From Halomicrobium mukohataei DSM 12286 (GTDB lineage: Archaea > Halobacteriota > Halobacteria > Halobacteriales > Haloarculaceae), in the NCBI RefSeq assembly GCF_000023965.1, contig NC_013202.1, positions 2,400,001 to 2,432,000 of the forward strand: a DNA stretch of 32,000 bases, written 5' to 3'. Each line of letters opens with the position of its first letter. Position 1 is the stretch's first letter. The notes beneath the pieces are model-generated. The model did not search any database, was not told where the DNA came from, and saw only the letters and a list, made by a program, of their open reading frames with translations. Of the stretch, positions 7,393 through 15,135 are shown one piece after another. The position numbers and the translations under genes were made by a program.

Positions 7393-8346
7393 ATGACGGA
7401 TCTCGTTACCTTCGGGGAAACCATGCTCCGGCTGTCGCCGCCGGGCGACGAACGGATCGAAACCGCAGACCAGTACGTCGTTCGCGCCGCGGGTGCAGAG
7501 AGCAACGTCGCAGTCGCCACACAGCGGCTGGGCCTCGACGCGACGTGGGTGTCGAAGCTCCCGGACTCCCCGGTCGGCCGGCGGGTCACCGGCGAACTCG
7601 CGAGCCACGGTGTCGAGACCGATATCGTCTGGAGCGACGAGGGGCGTCAGGGGACCTACTACCTCGAATCGGGAGAGTCCCCACGCGGGAACAACGTCAT
7701 CTACGACCGGGCCGACGCGGCGGTGACGACGGCGACGCCGGACGAGCTACCGGTCGATCGAATCCGATCGGCGTCGGCGTTTCACACCACGGGTATCACC
7801 CCGGCACTGTCGGAGACGCTGGAAGTGACGACCCAGACGCTGCTCGAAGCGGCTGCCGACGCCGGCACGCTGACGAGCTTCGACGTGAACTACCGGTCGA
7901 AGCTCTGGGAGCCCGAGGTCGCCCGTGAGACGCTCACCGAACTGTTCCCCCACGTCGACGTGTTGATCGTCGCCCAGCGAGACGCCGAGAACGTGCTCGG
8001 GCGCACCGGGGAGGCGGCGTCGATCGCCCGAGAGCTGGCCGAGGAGTTCGACTTCGAGGTGACGATCCTCACGCGCGGGTCCGAGCCGGCGCTGGCAGTC
8101 GCCGACGGGACGACCCACGAACAGCCGACGTTCGAGGCGACGAGCGCCCACCCCGTCGGCACCGGCGATTCCTTCGTGGGCGGTTTCCTCTCGCAGTACG
8201 TCGCGGGCGAGAGCGTCGAAACCGCGCTGGAGTACGCCGCTGGGACTGCCGCGCTCAAGCGATCGATCCCCGGCGACATCGCCGTCGTGACGCCGACAGA
8301 GGTAGCGGCCGTCATCGAGGGCGGAACCGCGGACATCTCTCGGTGA
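7393..8346 (+). CDS. kdgK: 2-keto-3-deoxygluconate kinase (PfkB/ribokinase family)
   Basis: 317 aa. N-terminus LVTFGETMLRLSPPG...AGAESNVAVA is typical of KDG kinases. The C-terminal PfkB signature GTGDSFVGGF is present. Confidence 0.75.
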   Translation: MTDLVTFGETMLRLSPPGDERIETADQYVVRAAGAESNVAVATQRLGLDATWVSKLPDSPVGRRVTGELASHGVETDIVWSDEGRQGTYYLESGESPRGNNVIYDRADAAVTTATPDELPVDRIRSASAFHTTGITPALSETLEVTTQTLLEAAADAGTLTSFDVNYRSKLWEPEVARETLTELFPHVDVLIVAQRDAENVLGRTGEAASIARELAEEFDFEVTILTRGSEPALAVADGTTHEQPTFEATSAHPVGTGDSFVGGFLSQYVAGESVETALEYAAGTAALKRSIPGDIAVVTPTEVAAVIEGGTADISR

Positions 8347-8460
8347 CCCACGGCGTCGACGCCGCAGCATTCGTCTGGTCGATAACCTTCTTATTCCCTG
8401 ACCGGGTACCCCCTCGTATGGTTGTTCGGAAGCTCTCTGCAATCGACGGAGGACGACCCG

Positions 8461-10206
8461 ATGCGTAGCGCGAAGATCGTCTGTACGCTGGGACCGGCGA
8501 CGGAGTCGGTCGAACAGATTCGCGGCCTCGCCGAGGCCGGTATGTCCGTGGCGCGGCTCAACGCCAGCCACGGCACCCCCGAGCACCGCCGCGAGATGCT
8601 CGACCGGATCCGAGAGGTCGACGCGACCACGGAGCGACCGGTCGCGTCGATGCTCGACATGCCGGGCCCGGAGGTGCGGACGGCTCCGATCCGCGACCCG
8701 ATCCAGCTGGACGAGGGCTCGACGGTCGAGTTCGTCCAGTCGGACGAGGCGACGCCAGAGCGCGTCGGTCTCTCGCTGTCGATCACGTCCGTCCAGCCGG
8801 GCGACCGCGTGTTGCTCGACGACGGGCGGATCGAGACGACGGTCGACCGCGTCGACGGCGACTCCGTCTACGCGACCGTCGAGAACGGCGGCGAACTCGG
8901 TGCCCGGAAGGGCGTCAACGTCCCCGGCGTCGAGCTCGACTTGCCCGCAGTCACGGACAACGATCGCCGAGAGCTCGACGTCGCCGCGGAGAAGGAACCC
9001 GACTTCGTGGCCGCCTCCTTCGTCCGGTCGGGCAAAGACATCTACGAGATCGAGGCCGAGATGGAAGCGCGCGGCATCGACATCCCGATCATCGCCAAGA
9101 TCGAGCGGGCCGGCGCGGTCGAGAATCTCGACTCGATCGTCGACGCCGCCTACGGCGTGATGGTCGCGCGTGGGGACCTCGGCGTCGAGTGCCCGCTCGA
9201 AGACGTGCCGATCTTCCAGAAGCGCATCATCCGCAAGTGTCAGGAAGCCGGCGTGCCCGTGATCACGGCCACGGAGATGCTCGACTCGATGATCCACGAG
9301 CGCCGACCGACCCGTGCGGAGGCCTCCGACGTGGCCAACGCCGTCCTCGACGGCACCGACGCCGTGATGCTGTCGGGCGAGACCGCGATCGGCGACAATC
9401 CGGTCCGCGTCGTCGAGACGATGGACCGCATCGTCCGCGACGTCGAGTCGGCTCCCGAGTACGACCAGAACCGCGAGCAACAGGTTCCGGCCGCGGGCGA
9501 GACGCGGACAGACGCACTGGCACGGTCCGCGCGGTTCCTCGCTCGGGACATCGGGGCGTCGGCGGTCGTCGCCGCCTCCGAGTCGGGCTACACCGCCCTC
9601 AAGTCGGCCAAGTACCGGCCGTCGATCCCGATCGTCGCCTCGACGCCCAGCGACGAGGTGCGGCGACAGCTCGCCCTCTCGTGGGGGATCATCCCCGTCT
9701 CGACGGAGTACACGACCCAGGGTGCGGACGCGATCATCCAGAACGCCGTCCAGGCGGCCCTGGACACGGAGGCAGCGGACGGTGGCGACACCGTCGTCGT
9801 CCTCTCCGGGATGATGACCGAGCTCGAAGGGATGAACACGGCGAACCTCCTGAAGGTCCACGTCGCGGCCGAGCGGATCGCCAACGGCCGCTCGGTCGTC
9901 GACGGGCTGGTGTCGGGGCCGGTCTATCACGTGCCCGACGGCGACCTCTCCGACGTGCCCGACGGTGCGGTGATCTCCATCGCCGCGGACTTCGACGGCG
10001 AGTTCGACGGCGAGGTCGAGCGGATCGGCGGCATCGTCGACGCCCACGACGGGACGACGGGATACGCTGCGATCGTCGCGCGCGAGCTCTCGATCCCGAT
10101 GATCGCCAACGCCGAACTCCCGGACCTGGCGGACGGAACGCAGGTCACGCTCGACGCGGAGCGTGGCATCGTCTACGAGGACACCACCGAGGACGACCGC
10201 TCGTAG
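8461..10206 (+). CDS. pykA: Pyruvate kinase with a C-terminal PEP-utiliser mobile (swivel) domain
   Basis: MRSAKIVCTLGPAT...ARLNASHG...MVARGDLGVE...TATEMLDSM are canonical PK motifs. The C-terminal roughly 90 aa (GIVDAHDGTTGYAAIVARELSIPMI) resemble the PEP-utiliser domain. A GGAGGA lies 7 nt before ATG 8461. The alternative upstream start is 8422. Confidence 0.9.
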   Translation: MRSAKIVCTLGPATESVEQIRGLAEAGMSVARLNASHGTPEHRREMLDRIREVDATTERPVASMLDMPGPEVRTAPIRDPIQLDEGSTVEFVQSDEATPERVGLSLSITSVQPGDRVLLDDGRIETTVDRVDGDSVYATVENGGELGARKGVNVPGVELDLPAVTDNDRRELDVAAEKEPDFVAASFVRSGKDIYEIEAEMEARGIDIPIIAKIERAGAVENLDSIVDAAYGVMVARGDLGVECPLEDVPIFQKRIIRKCQEAGVPVITATEMLDSMIHERRPTRAEASDVANAVLDGTDAVMLSGETAIGDNPVRVVETMDRIVRDVESAPEYDQNREQQVPAAGETRTDALARSARFLARDIGASAVVAASESGYTALKSAKYRPSIPIVASTPSDEVRRQLALSWGIIPVSTEYTTQGADAIIQNAVQAALDTEAADGGDTVVVLSGMMTELEGMNTANLLKVHVAAERIANGRSVVDGLVSGPVYHVPDGDLSDVPDGAVISIAADFDGEFDGEVERIGGIVDAHDGTTGYAAIVARELSIPMIANAELPDLADGTQVTLDAERGIVYEDTTEDDRS

Positions 10207-10309
10207 CGACACGAGCCGGCAGTGATACCGCTGGCCGTCGCTGGGGGATGTCCACCCGAGATGGGAAACTGCGTCACGGATAGACGGCCGGCGGTGTGAA
10301 TATGTGCAG

Positions 10310-10316
10310 TTAAGTA
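10310..10316 (+). promoter_or_regulatory. TATA-like TTAAGTA for the glucokinase gene
   Basis: Its centre is about 29 nt upstream of ATG 10342, a leaderless spacing. Confidence 0.35.
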
Positions 10317-10341
10317 TCGAAGGGTTCACCCATCCAGTATC

Positions 10342-11304
10342 ATGGCTGCATACGCAGGGGTGGATCTCGGCGCGACGAACATTCGTGCTGTCGTCGGCGA
10401 CGAGTCCGCCCGTGAACTCGGGTCAGACACGCAGGCCACACCGCGGGGGCCGAACGGGATCGCCGTCACCGAGGCGATCCTCGACTGTCTCCGCAACGCC
10501 TGTGACGACGCCGACGTATCGCCAAGCTCCGTCGTCGCCGCCGGTATCGGATCGATCGGACCACTGGATCTCGCCGAGGGAATCGTCGAGGGACCCGCGA
10601 ACCTCCCGGATTCGATCGGTCGGATCCCACTGACCGGTCCCGTCGGCAACCTGATCGACTCGGAACGCGTGTATCTGCACAACGACACCAACGCCGGGGT
10701 GATCGGCGAACGCTTCTTCTCTGACCGCAACCCCGACGACATGGTGTATCTGACGATCTCCTCGGGGATCGGTGCCGGCGTCGCCGTCGACGGCAACGTC
10801 GTCGACGGCTGGGACGGCAACGCCGGTGAGGTCGGGCACATGACCCTCGACCCGGCCGGCGTGATGACGTGTGGCTGTGGCTCGGACGGCCACTGGGAGG
10901 CGTACTGTTCGGGCAACAACATCCCGAAGTACGCGACGCAGCTCCACACGGAAGACGGGATGGAGACTGCGCTCCCAGTCGAGAGCGGTGACTTCGACGC
11001 GGCGGACGTGTTCGACCGTGCGCGAGACGGCGACGACTTCGCACAGTACGTCATCGGGCAGGTCGGCCACCTCAACGCTATCGGGATCGCAAACGTCGTC
11101 CAGGCGTACGCCCCGCTCGTGGTCTACGTCGGCGGAGCGGTAGCGCTGAACAACCCCGACGCCGTCCTCGATCCGATCAGAGACGAACTCTCGGAGATGG
11201 TGTTCGGAAACATCCCGGACGTGAAGCTCACGACGCTCGGCGAAGACATCGTCGTCATGGGCGCGCTCGCCTCGGCGATCACCGACGGCACCGGCGAGCG
11301 GTAA
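10342..11304 (+). CDS. ROK-family sugar kinase (glucokinase)
   Basis: 320 aa. It has the N-terminal ATP motif GVDLGATNIR, plus DTNAGVIGE. The ROK zinc motif is GHMTLDPAGVMTCGCGSDGHWEAYCSG. Confidence 0.85.
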   Translation: MAAYAGVDLGATNIRAVVGDESARELGSDTQATPRGPNGIAVTEAILDCLRNACDDADVSPSSVVAAGIGSIGPLDLAEGIVEGPANLPDSIGRIPLTGPVGNLIDSERVYLHNDTNAGVIGERFFSDRNPDDMVYLTISSGIGAGVAVDGNVVDGWDGNAGEVGHMTLDPAGVMTCGCGSDGHWEAYCSGNNIPKYATQLHTEDGMETALPVESGDFDAADVFDRARDGDDFAQYVIGQVGHLNAIGIANVVQAYAPLVVYVGGAVALNNPDAVLDPIRDELSEMVFGNIPDVKLTTLGEDIVVMGALASAITDGTGER

Positions 11305-11314
11305 TCGTCGACGC

Positions 11315-12523
11315 TTATCCCCGTTCCAGGTCGTAGAGGCGGCGAAACGCCGCCGGTGGAAAGCGCAGTTCCACGCGGCTGGGCGGTCGCCCCTTCCCGC
11401 TTTCGAGGCCGGACTGGACGCGTTCGACGATCCCGCCTTCGGCCATCTCGTAGAGGTACCGCTTGACCGTTCCCGGTGAGAGGTCGACAGTCGCTTTCGC
11501 GGCGATCGCCTCCGTGGTCGCGGTGACGGACTCTCGGTCGGTCGAATCGAGTTCGACGACTTCTCGCAGGACGCGCTGTTTGTTGTCTGGCAGCGCGAGC
11601 ACCCTCGCCAGCGACACCGAGGGGCGTGGGATCTGCTCGATTGCGGCCTCGACGTCGTCCTGGCCGACGCGCGTCCCCTCTCGTTGACTCGCGTCGTCGG
11701 CCGCGATAAACAGCGCTGCCAGCGCGTCGTGTGCGTTGCCGTCCGCCCACTCGGCGATCGTGCGGGCCTGTTCGTGGCTCAGTGCCTGGGGAGCGAGTCC
11801 GTCCGAGGCGCGCGTCATCAACACGTCGACGAGCATCTGTCGACGGTACGGTTCGACCGGGATCGTCGTCGCCGTGTACTCGGTCAACAGCGTCTCTTCG
11901 GGGTCGTCTCGTCCGATCGCCAGCCAGCTCACGTTGCTGGGCAGTCCCGCGAAGAGGTCGATCAGCGCCTCGGCGTCGGTGCTGCCCTGTTCGCCGACGT
12001 GGTCGACGGCGATCACGACGCCGATGCTCGCGGCACCGAGCATCTCGTGGAGCCGACGGCGAAGCTCCGACGTGCTGATCCCGTGTTCCGGGACTCGGTC
12101 GTCGACGAGTCCGTCGAGCACGCGGTGGTAGAACGCGAACCGACTCGTCGTCTCACGCAGATCGACGTAGACGAACTCCGGAGAGGGCGGCGCTGCCGCG
12201 CGGGTACTCGTGTGAATGACCGACCGCTGTTCGGTCGAGAGCCGGCCGAGCCGCCCGAACAGCGCCGTCACGATCGCCGACTTCCCGGAGCCAAACGGGC
12301 CCGACACGTAGGCGTTGGGCGGTAAGCGGCCGTCGAACACCGGATCGAGGTGATCGAGCAGTCGCTCGAAGACCGGACCCCGGTCCGACGGGTCGTCGAT
12401 GTGTGCAACCGGGGACAGCGATTCGTAGTCCTGGATCAGTCGGGGGCCACCACCCCGGCGCTGCCGTCGTTTTATCCTCTCATCGATGTTCATGATCCGC
12501 TCTCTACGGGTTGACAACGGCAT
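11315..12523 (-). CDS. Divergent Orc1/Cdc6-family AAA+ protein with a C-terminal winged helix
   Basis: Walker A is GPFGSGKS. The Walker-B-like strand VVIAVDHV has His where Glu is expected. The C-terminus LSPGTVKRYLYEMAEGGIVERV is wHTH-like. The alternative start is ATG 12493 (MNIDERIK). Confidence 0.75.
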   Translation of the reverse strand: MPLSTRRERIMNIDERIKRRQRRGGGPRLIQDYESLSPVAHIDDPSDRGPVFERLLDHLDPVFDGRLPPNAYVSGPFGSGKSAIVTALFGRLGRLSTEQRSVIHTSTRAAAPPSPEFVYVDLRETTSRFAFYHRVLDGLVDDRVPEHGISTSELRRRLHEMLGAASIGVVIAVDHVGEQGSTDAEALIDLFAGLPSNVSWLAIGRDDPEETLLTEYTATTIPVEPYRRQMLVDVLMTRASDGLAPQALSHEQARTIAEWADGNAHDALAALFIAADDASQREGTRVGQDDVEAAIEQIPRPSVSLARVLALPDNKQRVLREVVELDSTDRESVTATTEAIAAKATVDLSPGTVKRYLYEMAEGGIVERVQSGLESGKGRPPSRVELRFPPAAFRRLYDLERG

Positions 12524-12706
12524 CTGAGCGGAACTCCATCGATATCGACAGCAGTACTTGCCCCGCCCGTAGACGCGTTGGCGATAGACGCTCGTGTTCT
12601 GTGCATCGATTGTTCCTGTGAGGTGTTTGTGAGTGGGATTCCCGGTCGCATATCAGTTTCCACATCCTGGTCCGTGAGTTCTGCATTGCTGTCCGATGAC
12701 CGTGCG

Positions 12707-13474
12707 TTACAGTGCGTGATACAGCCCGGCCGCGAGGAGCGCTCCGATGATCGGACCGACGATAGGCACCCAAGAATACGCCCAGTCCGACGAGCCCTTG
12801 TGTGGAAACGGGAGGACCGCGTGTGCGATACGCGGTCCGAAGTCGCGTGCAGGATTGATCGCATAGCCGGTCGGGCCACCCAGAGAGAGCCCGATTCCGA
12901 GCACGACCAGTGCGACCGGAAGCGCTGACAGCGCGCCGAGACCGAATCCGACCTCTTGACCGTCGATCGTGATCGTTCGGAGGAACTCACCGGAAGCGCC
13001 GTCCAAGAATCCGGCGGAGTTCAGATACAACACCCCGAAGACCAGCACGAACGTACCGATGACCTCGGTCAGCATGTTTGCCCGATAGTTTCGGATTTCG
13101 GGACTCGTCGAGAAGATAGCGAGCTTCACGTCTTCGTCTTCCGTCGCGGCAAAGTGATCCTTGTACGCCAGCCAGACCACCACACCACCCAGGAACGCCC
13201 CGAGCGTTTGAGCGGCGATGTAGATCGGGACCTGTGCCCAGTCGAACAATCCGGCCGCAGCCAGTCCGATCGTCACGGCGGGATTGATGTGACCGCCGCT
13301 GACCTGACTGATCGTGAACACGCCCATGAACACACCGATAGCCCATCCCCACGTGATGACGATCCAACCGCTTTCGTGCCCTTTCGTCTCGTTGAGGACG
13401 ACGTTAGCGACGACACCGCCACCGAAGATGATGAGGATCGCAGTACCGATGGCTTCCGCGATGTACGGATTCAT
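12707..13474 (-). CDS. glpF: Aquaglyceroporin / glycerol uptake facilitator (MIP family)
   Basis: 255 aa with two NPA boxes (HINPAVTIG, AINPARDFG). It starts 3 nt after the glpK stop. Confidence 0.9.
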   Translation of the reverse strand: MNPYIAEAIGTAILIIFGGGVVANVVLNETKGHESGWIVITWGWAIGVFMGVFTISQVSGGHINPAVTIGLAAAGLFDWAQVPIYIAAQTLGAFLGGVVVWLAYKDHFAATEDEDVKLAIFSTSPEIRNYRANMLTEVIGTFVLVFGVLYLNSAGFLDGASGEFLRTITIDGQEVGFGLGALSALPVALVVLGIGLSLGGPTGYAINPARDFGPRIAHAVLPFPHKGSSDWAYSWVPIVGPIIGALLAAGLYHAL

Positions 13475-13477
13475 CGG

Positions 13478-15010
13478 TTACTCTTCATGTGCCCAGTCTC
13501 GGGACCGCTCGACGGCGTCGTCCCAGCGTCCGTACATCTTGTCCGCCTGCTCCGGTGCCATCTCGGGCTGGAAGTTGCGATCGACCTGCCAGTTGTCCCG
13601 CAGCTCGTCGATCGTGTCCCAGTAGCCGACGGCGAGGCCGGCGGCGTAGGCCGAGCCGAGCGCGGTCGTCTCGTCGACTTCCGGACGGGAGATCTCCGTC
13701 TGGATGATGTCGGACTGGAGCTGACAGAGGAAGTTGTTCTTGACGGCCCCACCGTCGACGCGCAGCGTCGTCGTCTCGACGCCGGAGTCGGCTTCCATCG
13801 CTTCGGCGATGTCTCGGGTCTGGTACGCGATAGATTCGAGCGTCGCACGGACGATGTGCTCTTTCCGGGTCCCGCGGGTCATACCGACGATCGTCCCGCG
13901 TGCGCGTCCGTCCCAGTGTGGCGCGCCGAGCCCGGTGAAGGCCGGCACCATGTACACGCCGTCCGTCGACTCGACCGAGCGGGCCAGCTCTGCGGTCTGT
14001 GCGGCGTTCTTGATGAGGTCGACGTCTTCGAGCCACTCGATCGCCGCACCCGTGATGAAGATCGACCCCTCCAGTGCGTACTGGACCGGTTCGCCGGACA
14101 TCTGGAAGCCGATCGTGGTGAGGAGTCCGTGATCGGACTCGACGGCCTCTTCGCCGGTGTTCATGAGGTAGAACGAGCCCGTGCCGTAGGTGTTCTTCGC
14201 GTCGCCGGCATCGAAGCAGGTTTGACCGAACAGGGCGGCCTGCTGATCGCCCAGGGCACCGGCGACGGGGACTTCGGCACCGAGGAAGCCGTCGGGGTCG
14301 GTGGTTCCGTACGTCGCCTCGTCGGAGGACGGGCGCACCTCGGGCAGCATCGATTCGGGGATGTCGAACTCTTCGAGGAGTTCCGCGTCCCACGACAGCC
14401 CCTCGATGTCGTAGAGCATCGTCCGAGAGGCGTTGGTCACGTCGGTGATGTGGTTGCCCGTGAGGTTGTAGATCAGCCACGAGTCGATCGTCCCCATCAG
14501 GAGTTCCCCGTCGCGGGCACGCTCACGGAGGTCACGCGTGCGGGCACTCTCCAGCTTGAGGGGTTCGGCGTTGTCCAGGATCCACTCGGTCTTTGTCGCC
14601 GAGAAGTAGGCGTCGGCCTCCAGCCCGGTCTTCTCGCGGATCATCTCGATCTTGCCGGCTTCTTCCAGCTCCTCGACGCGGTCGGTCGTCCGTCGGTCCT
14701 GCCACACCAGCGCGTTGTGTATCGGCCGCCCGGTCTCTCTGTCCCACACGATCGTGGTCTCTCGCTGGTTCGTGATCCCGATCGCCTCGAGCTGGGTGGC
14801 ATCGAGGTCGGCGGCGTCGAGGCCAGCGGTGACGACGGCCTTCGTGTTCTCCCAGATCTCGGTCGGATCGTGTTCGACCCAACCGGGTTTCGGATAGATC
14901 TGTTCGTGCTGTTCGTACGAGTTGGCGACGACGTTGCCGCTGTGGTCGAACACCATGAAGCGGGTGCCCGTCGTCCCCTGATCGATCGCACCGACGTATG
15001 TGTCTGGCAT
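13478..15010 (-). CDS. glpK: Glycerol kinase (FGGY family)
   Basis: 510 aa. YVGAIDQGTTGTRFMVFD...GWVEHDP...ITNQRETT...GDQQAALFGQ are canonical GlpK motifs. Confidence 0.95.
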   Translation of the reverse strand: MPDTYVGAIDQGTTGTRFMVFDHSGNVVANSYEQHEQIYPKPGWVEHDPTEIWENTKAVVTAGLDAADLDATQLEAIGITNQRETTIVWDRETGRPIHNALVWQDRRTTDRVEELEEAGKIEMIREKTGLEADAYFSATKTEWILDNAEPLKLESARTRDLRERARDGELLMGTIDSWLIYNLTGNHITDVTNASRTMLYDIEGLSWDAELLEEFDIPESMLPEVRPSSDEATYGTTDPDGFLGAEVPVAGALGDQQAALFGQTCFDAGDAKNTYGTGSFYLMNTGEEAVESDHGLLTTIGFQMSGEPVQYALEGSIFITGAAIEWLEDVDLIKNAAQTAELARSVESTDGVYMVPAFTGLGAPHWDGRARGTIVGMTRGTRKEHIVRATLESIAYQTRDIAEAMEADSGVETTTLRVDGGAVKNNFLCQLQSDIIQTEISRPEVDETTALGSAYAAGLAVGYWDTIDELRDNWQVDRNFQPEMAPEQADKMYGRWDDAVERSRDWAHEE

Positions 15011-15135
15011 CGTTGTGTACTCCGTGGGGCGGAACTTTATCTACCGTTCCACCCTACCGATAAACAACATAGGCGATCATTATAAATGTTACTGGCGCTG
15101 TCGAACCGTCAGTAAATCATCCGCAGAAACGACCG

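Noticed and set aside
8351-8364. Perfect 14-bp palindrome CGGCGTCGACGCCG right after the kdgK stop; considered as a terminator.
   Set aside because: There is no loop and no following T-run. GC-rich palindromes of this size are common at this base composition, so I left it uncalled.
7747-10329. Very long ORFs on the opposite strand of well-supported genes. Examples: 7747..10329 (-) 860 aa, 12956..15085 (+) 709 aa, 6300..7928 (+), 15385..17643 (+), 19518..20939 (-), 20927..22420 (-), 27144..28652 (+), 18254..19408 (-).
   Set aside because: Their products are Arg/Gly/Asp/Pro-rich with no recognisable motifs. Each lies antisense to a gene with canonical family signatures. Stop-free antisense frames are expected at this GC content.
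12634-12670. ORB-like motif upstream of the orc paralog. The minus strand reads CCAGGATGTGGAAACTGATATGCGACCGGGAATCCC, reminiscent of the archaeal TCCAGTGGAAAC...GGGG origin recognition box.
   Set aside because: It is a single imperfect copy. I see no inverted partner and no AT-rich unwinding element in the 180-bp spacer. That is not enough to call an origin.
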